DNA of 64,000 bases from Terriglobia bacterium (GTDB taxonomy: Bacteria; Acidobacteriota; Terriglobia; JAJPHL01; JAPKYU01): assembly GCA_965223005.1 (NCBI GenBank), contig CBDCVK010000010.1:480001-544000 (forward strand). Direction: 5' to 3'. The notes beneath the pieces are model-generated. The model was not told the origin of the DNA, searched no databases, and was given only the letters and a program-made list of their open reading frames with translations. The position numbers and the translations under genes are program-made. This document shows, piece by piece, positions 1 to 9,836 of this stretch (position 1 is the stretch's first letter; the number at the start of each line of letters is the position of its first letter).

Positions 1-405
1 GCCATCGGTGCGAGTGATCCTGGCGAACTTGTCTCGATGCACCGAGTCCATGCTGATGTTGATCCGCGTCAGTCCGGCGTCGGTCAGCGCCTGGATCTTC
101 TCCGCCAAAAGCCAGCCGTTGGTGGTCAGGGCCCGGTCCTCCAACCCCGGGATGGAAGAGAGCTGGGTAATGAATCGCTCCACGCCATGACGCAGCAGCG
201 GCTCCCCGCCTGTCACCCGGACCTTCCTGATCCCCAGCCTTACAAAAATCCGGCTCAGGCGGTAGAAATCGTCCAGAGAGACTGTATCGGTGCCGGAGTA
301 GACCATCGGGTCGGCGCTCTTGCAGTAGAAGCACCGGAAGTTGCAGCGGTCCGTGATGGAGATGCGCAGGTCTTGAATCTGCCGACCGTAGCTGTCCTGG
401 AGCAT
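1..405 (-). CDS. moaA: GTP 3',8-cyclase MoaA (N-terminal part, runs off the window)
   Basis: Manual translation from ATG at 405: MLQDSYGRQIQDLRISITDRCNFRCFYC...KVRVTGGEPLLR...LTTNG, with the radical-SAM CxxxCxxC and MoaA motifs. Not in the ORF track. Confidence 0.95.
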   Translation of the reverse strand, partial: MLQDSYGRQIQDLRISITDRCNFRCFYCKSADPMVYSGTDTVSLDDFYRLSRIFVRLGIRKVRVTGGEPLLRHGVERFITQLSSIPGLEDRALTTNGWLLAEKIQALTDAGLTRINISMDSVHRDKFARITRTDG

Positions 406-406
406 A

Positions 407-446
407 AGACAACAAAGCCCGTACCCATGTTTGGCAGGTACGGGCT
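407..446 (-). terminator. Terminator-like hairpin in the moaA leader (possible expression platform)
   Basis: Minus strand AGCCCGUACC-loop-GGUACGGGCU followed by UUGUUGUCUU just before the moaA ATG. Confidence 0.55.
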
Positions 447-465
447 CGAACTTCGAGACCGCGGG

Positions 466-565
466 CTCTCCTTTCCAAACACGGGAGGCGCAGCCGTTTC
501 CCGCTACACCCTATCGGCTCCAGGCCATAGTCCCGGGGGACGTTAGGCTCTGCGAGCTCGGAGAA
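466..565 (-). ncRNA. Moco/Tuco riboswitch-type RNA motif
   Basis: Minus strand CUCCGAGC..GCCUAA-hairpin-UAUGGC..UAGGGUGUAGCGGGAAACGGCUGCGCCUCCCGUGUUUGGAAAGGAG. It has a GAAA tetraloop, a CCUAA/UAUGG receptor and the GCCUCCCG..UUGGAAAGG 3' block typical of moaA-leader Moco RNAs, and lies directly upstream of moaA. Confidence 0.9.
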
Positions 566-855
566 ACCGAAATTGGCGATCGTATCAGTGGCTATTGTAT
601 CAGGTTACTGGGAATACCGTCTCAGGCAACTCCAATCACCTGCACCGACATGCCCCGCTCCCTGGGACCATCCAGTCGACCAGTATGACGTCCCTAACAC
701 CAACTCCGTTGGACCTCGCCGGTCATTCGAAACCGGCGCATTATACCACCGGCAGAAAGGAGAGGAAAGAAGGCCAGTCGAACGTCAGGAACTGCAGTTT
801 TTCTGATAGGATAGACTGTGAATCGGAGCATTCCATTTCCCAGGTAGGAGCTGAT

Positions 856-1044
856 ATGGCAAGGGTTTGCGAGGTTTGCGGGAAAGGCCCGCAATTTGGG
901 CATCGGATCAGTCACGCCCATAACCTGACCAAGCGTCGCTGGAATGTGAACCTGCAGACGGTGCGCGTGGTGGTCAACGGCGGCCGGCGGCGGTTGCGTG
1001 TCTGTACTCGTTGCCTGCGTTCCGGCAAAGTCCGCAAAGCCTAA
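856..1044 (+). CDS. rpmB: 50S ribosomal protein L28
   Basis: MARVCEVCGKGPQFGHRISHAHNLTKRRWNVNLQ...VCTRCLRSGKV, with AGGAG RBS upstream. Confidence 0.97.
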   Translation: MARVCEVCGKGPQFGHRISHAHNLTKRRWNVNLQTVRVVVNGGRRRLRVCTRCLRSGKVRKA

Positions 1045-1101
1045 GTCACCTACGAAAGGTGAGTTCAGATTATCCCGTGGTGCGCCTTCCCCCCTGAGTC
1101 T

Positions 1102-1776
1102 TCAGCGATATTTAGCCAACGCCGCAAGAAGCGGGCGTGCTTCGGTGGGGGTGGGCGCTTTCCCGTTCAGGATATTGAGGGCTGGGATCTCCCGCCCGTA
1201 GAGTTGGCGGTTGCCCTTCTCGTCGGGCTTGACCACGGCGCCTTTCAGGGTCACGCCTGCAAATAAGCCTCTCGCCCGTGAGTAGGTCAGGATTTCGGAG
1301 CGCATAGCGGCGTTCGTCTCCGCCGAAGTGGCGCGCCCAACCGGCCCGGCGGCCACCGAAGCGTCCACGCCCAAGGTGAACTTGTCGCTGGTCAAGAACT
1401 TCATGCCTTTCTTGTTCATCACCAGCATGATCAAGTCAATGGCCTGCCCGCCGATCTGTAAGCCGAAACTGCCACCCCGCACGCTCAGCATGGATGGCGG
1501 CCCCCAATGCCGAGACGCCTTCCTGCAGGTCACCAGCCCGCCTCCGAAGTGTCCCCCGAAGCCGAAGCCACCCTTCTTCATCGAAGGAACAATGGCAATG
1601 CAGTGCGCCCGCACCAGCAGCTGCTTCGGGATAGTGTTCTCGGGAATGTCCATTACCTCAGAAAAGACTTCTGTGGCATTCTGCACTCGCTTCACTTGTT
1701 TCTTCCGGTCAGCGAGCACCGTGGGAACCAGCAGGCTCAGAGTCAACAGGCTCACCATCACGCCGTGGATTCGCAT
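1102..1776 (-). CDS. Lipid-binding SYLF (Ysc84) domain protein, exported
   Basis: Signal peptide; GGSFGLQIGGQ, AAGPVGR and YSRARGLFAG motifs. Confidence 0.9.
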   Translation of the reverse strand: MRIHGVMVSLLTLSLLVPTVLADRKKQVKRVQNATEVFSEVMDIPENTIPKQLLVRAHCIAIVPSMKKGGFGFGGHFGGGLVTCRKASRHWGPPSMLSVRGGSFGLQIGGQAIDLIMLVMNKKGMKFLTSDKFTLGVDASVAAGPVGRATSAETNAAMRSEILTYSRARGLFAGVTLKGAVVKPDEKGNRQLYGREIPALNILNGKAPTPTEARPLLAALAKYR

Positions 1777-1895
1777 GTAACACCCCCTCGGTTCATTTTA
1801 CTCGATGCCTGGCGTGACGGGAACGGTTCCAGCAGAGACCAAAATGGTATCCGCCGTAACCGACGTGTATGGGTTCCTGCGGTGGATTTTCCGGT

Positions 1896-3269
1896 TCAGG
1901 CACCGATGGTGCGGTGAAAAGCAGCAGCGATCAATTCGGCGTAGCGACGCACCTGCGCTTCCTTCTCGCCCTCGATCATGATGCGGGCTAGCGACTCTGT
2001 ACCACTGTAGCGCACGATCACTCGTCCCGTCAGCCCGAAGTGTTCCTGAGCCGAGCGAATCGCCGCCCACACTTCTGGCAACTCCTCCAGCGGCACCTTT
2101 TCCCGCACGGGGACGTTCCGAATGACCTGGGGGAACGGTTTCAGTTCCGAGACCAGTGCATCCAGTGGCCGCCCAGTGGCCGTCACGATCTCCGCGACAC
2201 GCAACGCGCTCAGCAGGCCGTCCCCTGTCGTGTGGGCACTGCCGAAGATGACGTGCCCCGACTGCTCGCCGCCCAGGCTGGCGCCGCAACGTAACATTTC
2301 CTCGAGGACGTATTTGTCGCCCACCGGAGTGCGCCGTAGTCGGACCCCGGAGGCTCCCAAGGCCGCTTCCAGGCCCAGGTTGGACATGATGGTGGCCACG
2401 ACCACACGGTTCTTGAGCCAACCCTGGGCCAGCATGTGCCGGGCGGTCAGAAACAGCACCCCGTCACCATTCACCAGATTGCCGTTCGCGGTGACGAACA
2501 GCGCCCGGTCGGCATCCCCATCGAAGGCCACGCCCAGGTCAGCCCGCTCGGCGGGGACCCGCGCCCGGAGTGATTCGGGATGCAGCGATCCGCACTCCAG
2601 GTTGATATTGCGTCCGTTGGGAGAAGCGTGGATGGCGATGACCTCCGCGCCGAGTCGCCGAAACAACTCCGGAGCCACCGCTGAGGCAGCCCCGTTCGCG
2701 CAATCCAGAACCACCCGCAGGCCGGCGAAGGTTGCCTCACCGGACACCAGCGAGCAGAGAAAACCTCGGTAGCGACCCTGCAGCGAGGTGTCCCGTTTCA
2801 ACCGACCGCCGGGAGGAACTTGCCGCGATGATACCGAAGGGCTGGCCTGCTCAATAGCCAGCCGGAAGATCGTCTGCTCGACTGCTACCTCGCTTTCGTC
2901 AGGGAGTTTGTAGCCGGAACGGGAAAAGACTTTGATGCCGTTGTCGGAATAAGGATTGTGGGAAGCGGAAATCATCACCCCGGCCGAGAACCCCTTGATG
3001 CGTGACAGATAGGCCACCCCCGGAGTAGGGAGCACCCCCGCCGAAACCGACTCCGCACCTTCTTCGGCCAGACCTGTGGCCAGAGTCTCGGCGATCCAGG
3101 GACTGGATTCGCGCGTGTCCTCACCGAATACGAGGCGCGGAGCAGCCTCCGCTTGTCGCAGGAAGTCCCCCAGTGCTCGTCCGATGAGGAAAACCGTGTG
3201 CTCGTCCAGCGGGTATTCCCCGGCAGCTGCTCGAATCCCATCCGTTCCGAACAGTCGCGTCGGTTTCAT
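1896..3269 (-). CDS. glmM: Phosphoglucosamine mutase
   Basis: LFGTDGIR, ISASHNP, FDGDADR, GGEQSGH and RYSGTE motifs. Confidence 0.97.
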   Translation of the reverse strand: MKPTRLFGTDGIRAAAGEYPLDEHTVFLIGRALGDFLRQAEAAPRLVFGEDTRESSPWIAETLATGLAEEGAESVSAGVLPTPGVAYLSRIKGFSAGVMISASHNPYSDNGIKVFSRSGYKLPDESEVAVEQTIFRLAIEQASPSVSSRQVPPGGRLKRDTSLQGRYRGFLCSLVSGEATFAGLRVVLDCANGAASAVAPELFRRLGAEVIAIHASPNGRNINLECGSLHPESLRARVPAERADLGVAFDGDADRALFVTANGNLVNGDGVLFLTARHMLAQGWLKNRVVVATIMSNLGLEAALGASGVRLRRTPVGDKYVLEEMLRCGASLGGEQSGHVIFGSAHTTGDGLLSALRVAEIVTATGRPLDALVSELKPFPQVIRNVPVREKVPLEELPEVWAAIRSAQEHFGLTGRVIVRYSGTESLARIMIEGEKEAQVRRYAELIAAAFHRTIGA

Positions 3270-3925
3270 TCGCGCTGTTCCAGTTGAACGGTGACCAGCA
3301 CTGCGTCACTGCCCTGGATGCGCACCAGCGGATGAGGTACAAACGCACTGGTCCAGAACCGGGTTCGTGCGATGACGCCTGTGACATCCAGAGGATCAGT
3401 CATGGCGGATTCCACCAGGGCCACGTGGCTCCGCGGTCCTACCACGCGCACCATTGGAGGAGACACCTGATAGCCGGTCAACTGGTAGCCTGGGGCGGCC
3501 TCGCCGGTGATGCGCGGGACAACGGGGATCTCACGCTCAGCGCGTGCCTCCAACTGCAGCCCCACCTGTTTGGGAGTGATTTGCAAGACCTGCACCCCGA
3601 AGGGGATCCGCACATTGGAAACAGACAGCTCGTAGCTGCGCTTGCCGGGACGCTTGAAGTCGGCCAAATCCAGCGAGACGGCCAGGTTCGCAGGGGAAAG
3701 CTTGCGTATCGCGCTGGCCGGTCCCCGCACTCGCACCTGCACCGAGTTGGGCGCTTCGCTGCTCAACTCAAGATTTTCCGGCACGTTCTGCAATTCCAGC
3801 GGCGCCCGGAAGGTCACTTCCGCCTGCGGCTCATTGGCGATCGCTGACCACAGCAGTAGGGCCAGGGCAAGTGAGCCCAGCTTCAGAGCGAGGTTGTCGA
3901 GCACGTAGTTCCGCAAGAAGTTCAT
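3266..3925 (-). CDS. cdaR: CdaR/YbbR-like diadenylate cyclase regulator
   Basis: N-terminal TM (NLALKLGSLALALLLW) plus YbbR-like repeats; lies between cdaA and glmM. Confidence 0.85.
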   Translation of the reverse strand: MNFLRNYVLDNLALKLGSLALALLLWSAIANEPQAEVTFRAPLELQNVPENLELSSEAPNSVQVRVRGPASAIRKLSPANLAVSLDLADFKRPGKRSYELSVSNVRIPFGVQVLQITPKQVGLQLEARAEREIPVVPRITGEAAPGYQLTGYQVSPPMVRVVGPRSHVALVESAMTDPLDVTGVIARTRFWTSAFVPHPLVRIQGSDAVLVTVQLEQRE

Positions 3926-4881
3926 GGTTTCGCTGCTGGGCTGCGCGCCTGCGAATTCCGCTCGGGAAGCGCTTCCGGGTGGTCGTCGGCAATCCCCGGT
4001 GCTCCTTCGCCGCCGGGAGCCGGCGGCTCCTGCTCCGCCAGGCTGGTCGTGGGCAACACGGAGGGAGAAATGGGCGTGCCCATCAACTCGCCCAGACGCA
4101 CCCGCAGCCGTTCCAAGCTGACGTTCTGCTCGATGGTCCCGCCCGCAGCCAGCGAGACCTCCCCAGTCTGTTCGGAAACCACCACGGCCACGGCATCGCT
4201 TTCCTCAGTGATGCCAATGGCTGCCCGGTGCCGGCTGCCCACCTGCGTGCTCAGCAACGGGTTCACGCTTAGAGGAAGGAAGCAGGCGGCGGCCGCCACC
4301 TTGTCTTTCTGAATAATGATCCCGCCGTCGTGCAGCGGCGTTTCAGGACGGAAAATCGTCACCAACAGGTCATAGGAAAGCTGGGCATCGAGGCCAATAC
4401 CGCTGTCCACATAGGTGCGCAGGCCAACATCCCGTTCCAGCACGATGAGCGCCCCCGTTTTCTGCGAGGAAAACAGGCTGACCGCCAGCAAGATGTCGTC
4501 GTAGGAGAAATCACGGGACAAGCGAGCAAAGCGGGAGAGGAAGGGGTTCCGTCCCAGCCGCGCTAGGCCGCGCCGAATCTCCGCCTGGAAGATCACGATG
4601 AGGGCGAACACGAGAATGGGGGACATCTTGGTGAGAAGCCAATGAAGCGTCTGCAATTTCCACTGGACTGCCGCGTAGTAGAGCAGGACGATCAGCGCGA
4701 TCCCGAACAACATCTGGCTGGCGCGAGTCCCCCGCACCAGCAGCAGCAACTGGTAGATCAGGAAGGCGACAATCAGGATGTCTAAAATAGAGGTCAGGGA
4801 AATCTCCCTCCAAAAGCCCTGCGGCCCTCCTGTCACACCGTCGCTCGACGGGACCGATGCTCTGATGGTCACAAACGCCAT
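3922..4881 (-). CDS. cdaA: Diadenylate cyclase CdaA
   Basis: Three TM helices and a DAC domain with PLHDGG and GSRHRAA motifs. Start codon uncertain. Confidence 0.93.
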   Translation of the reverse strand: MAFVTIRASVPSSDGVTGGPQGFWREISLTSILDILIVAFLIYQLLLLVRGTRASQMLFGIALIVLLYYAAVQWKLQTLHWLLTKMSPILVFALIVIFQAEIRRGLARLGRNPFLSRFARLSRDFSYDDILLAVSLFSSQKTGALIVLERDVGLRTYVDSGIGLDAQLSYDLLVTIFRPETPLHDGGIIIQKDKVAAAACFLPLSVNPLLSTQVGSRHRAAIGITEESDAVAVVVSEQTGEVSLAAGGTIEQNVSLERLRVRLGELMGTPISPSVLPTTSLAEQEPPAPGGEGAPGIADDHPEALPERNSQARSPAAKP

Positions 4882-4956
4882 CCCCAGATTCACGATCAAG
4901 GCGCTTCTCCTGCGGGCATTCTAGCATCGGAGGGGAAGGCGGTGTAGCGGCCGGCT

Positions 4957-5826
4957 TCAGCCAGGTAGTGGCGATCCCGAGGCAGTACCATGAATCCGGT
5001 CGGTGACGCGGACCACTTGGACAATCTCGGTGGTGTCATGCACACGCACAATGTGCGCTCCGGCCGCAATGGCCGCTGTGACCGTCGCGGCCGTGCCCCA
5101 GACCCGCTGGGAGGCGGGAAGTCCGAGCGTACCGCCTATGAAGGACTTTCGGGAAGTTCCCGCCAGCAAAGGGCACCCCAGCTGGTGCAATTCGCCGAAG
5201 CGGGCCAGCAACGTGTAATTCTCATCGCCATTCTTGCCGAAGCCGAACCCGGGGTCCAAGATGAGAGCTTCGCGCGGCAGCCCGGCGGCCCAGGCCTGAT
5301 CGCGTAGCTGACGGAGGCCGGCCAGCACCTCCCCCACAACGTCCTCCAGGGGAGGCAGCAGGTGCATGGTGTCCGGCGTGCCGCGCAGGTGCATTGCCAC
5401 CAGCGGGACGCCGGCCCGGCCGGCGACACGGGCCATCTCGGCGACTGGGCACAACGCTGGGAAATTGATCAGTTCCGCGCCAGCCGCCAGGGCCTGTTCG
5501 GCCACCACTGGTTTGTATGTATCCACGGAAATGGGGAGGGAAACTCGACCGCGCAAACCTTCTAGAACCGGAAGCAAGCGGTCCAGTTCGGCGGCCTCGG
5601 AAACGCGCGCCGAACCCGGCCGGGTCGATTCCGCGCCCACGTCAAGCAGATCGGCACCCTGTCGCTCAATCTCCCTCGCCCGCGCGACCGCCTCCTCTGG
5701 CTGCAGGTAAAGCCCGCCATCGGAGAACGAATCCGGAGTCACATTGAGAATGCCCATCACCAGGGTGCGCTCGCCCAGAACTAGCTCCCGGCGGGGCAAG
5801 CGAAGGCGATAGCGCGGCCGCGACAC
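4957..5826 (-). CDS. folP: Dihydropteroate synthase
   Basis: MGILNVTPDSFSDGG, GAESTRPG, DPGFGFGK, SRKSF and IVRVHD motifs. Confidence 0.97.
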   Translation of the reverse strand: MSRPRYRLRLPRRELVLGERTLVMGILNVTPDSFSDGGLYLQPEEAVARAREIERQGADLLDVGAESTRPGSARVSEAAELDRLLPVLEGLRGRVSLPISVDTYKPVVAEQALAAGAELINFPALCPVAEMARVAGRAGVPLVAMHLRGTPDTMHLLPPLEDVVGEVLAGLRQLRDQAWAAGLPREALILDPGFGFGKNGDENYTLLARFGELHQLGCPLLAGTSRKSFIGGTLGLPASQRVWGTAATVTAAIAAGAHIVRVHDTTEIVQVVRVTDRIHGTASGSPLPG

Positions 5827-6001
5827 GGCTCCAGTATAGCCCTGTTAGCTACAGCTTTGGCAGCCGGCCTTCTCCGGGGCCAAGTTCTGGAAAGAATGAA
5901 GCGCATCGCCCTTACCAACGCTCAAGCACCTCGATCCAGCGGTCGGAAAGGCCCAACTTTCGGCTCTCCATAAATCCCTTTGGGCAACCCGAGAGTGGGC
6001 T

Positions 6002-6029
6002 TTGACTTGCCTGTCCGGCAGGATATACT
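6002..6029 (+). promoter_or_regulatory. Putative sigma70 promoter of the act-cox operon
   Basis: TTGACT-16 nt-TATACT about 105 nt upstream of actA. Confidence 0.5.
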
Positions 6030-6135
6030 GCATCGGCTGTGTAGGCCCCCTTTGGGGGGTGCGGGCCTCGAAATCTGGGACTAGCGTACCTTGCTGGAAT
6101 TCTGTGGGCTGAGAAGTCGCGCCTAAAGCGCCGCC

Positions 6136-6786
6136 ATGGCTCAGATATTCCACCCAGGCACGAACACGCTCTCGAAGGCAAGCATCTTTGGCGCCGTATT
6201 TATTCTCGGCGGGCTCATCTGGGTATCCACCGTTTTCGAGCGGTCCTCCTATGTGACGCAAGCCGGAGTTGCCCGCGAGCAGCCGGTGCCGTTCAGCCAT
6301 AAACACCATGTGGGCGGCATGGGGATCGACTGCCGCTATTGCCACACCTCGGTAGAGACATCGGCGTTTGCCGGTATCCCCGCCACCGAAATCTGCATGA
6401 CTTGTCATTCCCAGATTTGGGCCGATAGCCCCATGCTGGAGCCGGTACGGGCCAGCTTTCGGAGCGGCAAGCCGTTGGAGTGGAGCCGAGTCCATGACTT
6501 GCCGGATTTCGCCTATTTCGACCACAGCATTCACATCAAGAAAGGGGTCGGCTGCGCCACCTGCCACGGGCGAGTGGATCAGATGCCGTTGATGTGGCGG
6601 GAGAAGACACTGCACATGGAGTGGTGCCTGGAATGCCATCGGGCACCGGAACAGTTCGTTCGGCCACGCCAGTACGTCTTTCGCATGGATTGGGAACCGC
6701 CTGCGGACCAGTTGAGTTTGGGACGGAGGCTCGTCGAGGAATACAGGATCCAAAGCTTGACAAATTGTTCGGTTTGCCACCGATGA
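6136..6786 (+). CDS. actA: Alternative complex III pentaheme cytochrome c subunit ActA
   Basis: N-terminal TM and five CxxCH motifs (CRYCH, CMTCH, CATCH, CLECH, CSVCH); QPVPFSHKHH. Confidence 0.95.
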   Translation: MAQIFHPGTNTLSKASIFGAVFILGGLIWVSTVFERSSYVTQAGVAREQPVPFSHKHHVGGMGIDCRYCHTSVETSAFAGIPATEICMTCHSQIWADSPMLEPVRASFRSGKPLEWSRVHDLPDFAYFDHSIHIKKGVGCATCHGRVDQMPLMWREKTLHMEWCLECHRAPEQFVRPRQYVFRMDWEPPADQLSLGRRLVEEYRIQSLTNCSVCHR

Positions 6787-9700
6787 CGCCACCGATGACG
6801 GAAGACCTCTCCAGAAAAGGTTCTCTCAACCTGTCCTCGCTCCGCGCACGTTTGGCGAACAGCCAGGGCCGCGAGTACTGGCGGAGTTTGGAAGAACTGG
6901 CGGAAACCGAAGAGTTCCGAGATTTCTTGCACAATGAGTTTCCGCAGCAGTTCGCGGCGTGGAGAGGTACCGTCAACCGGCGGGAGCTTTTGAAATTGAT
7001 GGGCGCTTCCCTGGCGCTGGCCGGCCTCTCCGGTTGCACGCAACAGCCCACCGAAAAGATCGTTCCCTACGTCCGGGCACCGGAGCAGATCGTGCCTGGC
7101 AAACCGTTATTCTTTGCCACCGCCATGCCGCTGGACGGATTCGCCACCGGGGTGTTGGTGGAAAGCCACATGGGGCGTCCCACAAAGATCGAGGGGAATC
7201 CCCAACACCCGGCTAGCCTGGGGGCCACAGACATCTTCGCCCAGGCTTCGGTGCTCACGCTCTACGATCCAGACCGCTCTCAGGTAGTGACCCGCCTGGG
7301 GCAAATCAGCAGTTGGGTCGCTTTTGGTTCTGCCTTGCGCACCGAGATGGAAGCCCAGCGTCTGGACAAAGGCGCGCGATTGCGTATCTTAACCGGGACC
7401 GTCACCTCTCCCACCCTGGCCCACCAGCTGCGTACACTACTTAGCGAATTTCCCTCCGCGAAATGGATCCAGAACGAGCCGGTCGGGCGCGATGCAGTCC
7501 GGTCTGGGGCACAACTGGCGTTTGGCGAATACGTCAACACCCTGTACGACTTTGAGAAAGCGGACGTCATCCTGTCTCTCGATGCGGATTTCCTGGGCGG
7601 GGGTCCAGGCCACCTGAGATATGCGCGGCAGTTCACCGCTCGGCGGCAGGTTCAGGCGGGGGCAACGGAAATGAACCGCCTGTACGTCGTCGAGAGCACG
7701 CTCTCCAATACTGGCGGGATGGCCGACCATCGGTTGCCCATGCGCGCCAGCGAGATCGAACGCTTTGCCCGCGCTGTGGCAAACAAGCTGGGAGTGGCGA
7801 GCGAGGTATCCGGCGCGGAGGCCGACCATCCGGGCCACGCCCAGTGGATGAAGGCACTGGTTGCCGACCTTCAGAAACACCGGGGCTCTAGCATTGTTCT
7901 GGCGGGCGAGCACCAGCCTCCCACCATGCACGCGCTGGCGCACGCCTTGAACCACGCTCTGGGCAATGTTGGCAAGACCGTCATCTATACCGAACCCGTG
8001 GAGGCTGATCCCGGGAATCAACTCGCGTCGCTGCGGGACCTGGTGGAGGATATGAAAGCGGGCCGGGTGGACCTGCTGGTCGTCGTCGACAGTAACCCGG
8101 TGTTCACGGCGCCTGTCGATCTGAGCTTTTTTGAGCATTTCTTGAAGGTCAGGCTTCGGGTTCATCTGGGCCTCTATCCGGATGAAACGGCCGTGCTGTG
8201 CCACTGGCACGTCCCCCAGGCGCATTACCTGGAGTCTTGGAGCGACGCCCGGGCCTTCGATGGGACCACCACAATTCTCCAGCCTCTGATAGCGCCGCTG
8301 TATGACGGAAAATCAGCTCACCGGTTGCTCTCAGCCCTTTTGGGAAGGCCCGAACGGCCGAGCCATGACATCGTGCGAGAGTACTGGGAAAAGCAGAACC
8401 TTTCTGGCAATTTCGAGAACTCTTGGCAGACGGCGCTGCACGACGGATTGCTTGCTGGCACAGCGCTTCCCCCCAAGCAGGTCTCATTGAAACGAGATTT
8501 CCTCGGACAGGGTGCCGGAGAAGTCCCTGCGGTCGCGGGATCGGGAACTCCGGGCCTGGAAATCGTATTTCGACCCGACCCGACCATCTGGGACGGCCGC
8601 TTCGCCAACAACGGGTGGTTGCAGGAATTGCCGAAGCCGCTGACCAAGTTGACCTGGGATAATGCAGCCCTGCTCAGCCCGGCCACGGCCGAGCGGCTCG
8701 GCCTAGCCGACCAGGATCTGGTCGAACTCCGCTATCGGGATCGTATGGTACCGGCTCCGGTGTGGATCCAGCCGGGACATGCCGACGATTCGGTGACGGT
8801 GCACTTGGGCTACGGGCGTACCCACGCTGGGCAGGTCGGCGCGGGGGTCGGGTTCAATGCCTACGCACTCCGCAGTTCGGACCGTCCTTGGTTCGATTCC
8901 GGCCTGGCGATTCGCAAGACGGGCGGCCAGTATCCGCTTTCCTCCACACAGCTCCATCACAACATGGAGGACCGACATCTGGTCCGGGTTGGGACGCTGG
9001 AGGAATTTCAGCACAACCCAAATTTCGCGCATGAGGTGGAGCACGAGACGTCGCCGCATCTTTCTTTGTACCCAGAGCACAAATATGAGGGCTACGCCTG
9101 GGGCATGGCCGTTGATCTGAATCGCTGTATCGGGTGCAATGCGTGCGTCGCCGCCTGTCAGGCCGAGAACAATATCCCGGTGGTGGGCAAAGTGGAAATC
9201 GCGCGCGGCCGCGAGATGCACTGGTTGCGAATTGACCGCTATTACCGAGGCTCTCTGGACCATCCGGAGGTGTACCACCAGCCGGTGATGTGCATGCACT
9301 GCGAAAACGCGCCCTGCGAGGTGGTTTGCCCGGTGGCCGCCACCGTTCACAGCCAGGAAGGGCTCAACGAGATGGTTTACAACCGTTGTGTCGGCACCCG
9401 CTACTGCTCCAATAATTGTCCCTACAAGGTCCGGCGCTTCAATTTCTTTGCATATTCGGATTACGAGACCCCCGTCCTGAAATTGCTGCGAAATCCGGAC
9501 GTGACGGTACGAACCCGGGGAGTCATGGAGAAGTGCACCTATTGTGTGCAGCGAATTAATGTAGCCCGCATCGAGGCAAAAAAAGAGGACCGCGAAATCC
9601 GGGACGGGGAAATCGTGACCGCCTGCCAGGCAGCCTGTCCCGCGCAGGCCATTACTTTTGGCAATATCAATGACCCTAACAGCCAGGTATCCCAGCTTAA

Positions 9701-9836
9701 GGCAGACCCCCGAAATTACGGTCTGCTCGAAGATTTAAACACCCGGCCGCGCACAACCTATCTGGCCCGACTGAGAAACCCTAATCCCGAGCTCGAAGGA
9801 AAAGGATGGAGCCCGAACAACCAGCACGGACGCTAG
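6783..9836 (+). CDS. actB: Alternative complex III subunit ActB (molybdopterin-oxidoreductase-like domain plus Fe-S domain)
   Basis: YWRSLEEL, Tat motif NRRELLK, and C-terminal Fe-S motifs ([32 protein letters not shown]). Start set at the ATG overlapping the actA stop. Confidence 0.95.
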   Translation: MTPPMTEDLSRKGSLNLSSLRARLANSQGREYWRSLEELAETEEFRDFLHNEFPQQFAAWRGTVNRRELLKLMGASLALAGLSGCTQQPTEKIVPYVRAPEQIVPGKPLFFATAMPLDGFATGVLVESHMGRPTKIEGNPQHPASLGATDIFAQASVLTLYDPDRSQVVTRLGQISSWVAFGSALRTEMEAQRLDKGARLRILTGTVTSPTLAHQLRTLLSEFPSAKWIQNEPVGRDAVRSGAQLAFGEYVNTLYDFEKADVILSLDADFLGGGPGHLRYARQFTARRQVQAGATEMNRLYVVESTLSNTGGMADHRLPMRASEIERFARAVANKLGVASEVSGAEADHPGHAQWMKALVADLQKHRGSSIVLAGEHQPPTMHALAHALNHALGNVGKTVIYTEPVEADPGNQLASLRDLVEDMKAGRVDLLVVVDSNPVFTAPVDLSFFEHFLKVRLRVHLGLYPDETAVLCHWHVPQAHYLESWSDARAFDGTTTILQPLIAPLYDGKSAHRLLSALLGRPERPSHDIVREYWEKQNLSGNFENSWQTALHDGLLAGTALPPKQVSLKRDFLGQGAGEVPAVAGSGTPGLEIVFRPDPTIWDGRFANNGWLQELPKPLTKLTWDNAALLSPATAERLGLADQDLVELRYRDRMVPAPVWIQPGHADDSVTVHLGYGRTHAGQVGAGVGFNAYALRSSDRPWFDSGLAIRKTGGQYPLSSTQLHHNMEDRHLVRVGTLEEFQHNPNFAHEVEHETSPHLSLYPEHKYEGYAWGMAVDLNRCIGCNACVAACQAENNIPVVGKVEIARGREMHWLRIDRYYRGSLDHPEVYHQPVMCMHCENAPCEVVCPVAATVHSQEGLNEMVYNRCVGTRYCSNNCPYKVRRFNFFAYSDYETPVLKLLRNPDVTVRTRGVMEKCTYCVQRINVARIEAKKEDREIRDGEIVTACQAACPAQAITFGNINDPNSQVSQLKADPRNYGLLEDLNTRPRTTYLARLRNPNPELEGKGWSPNNQHGR

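Noticed and set aside
6783-9836. ActB as an active molybdoenzyme linked to the nearby moaA
   Set aside because: ACIII ActB is known not to bind a molybdenum cofactor; the proximity is probably incidental.
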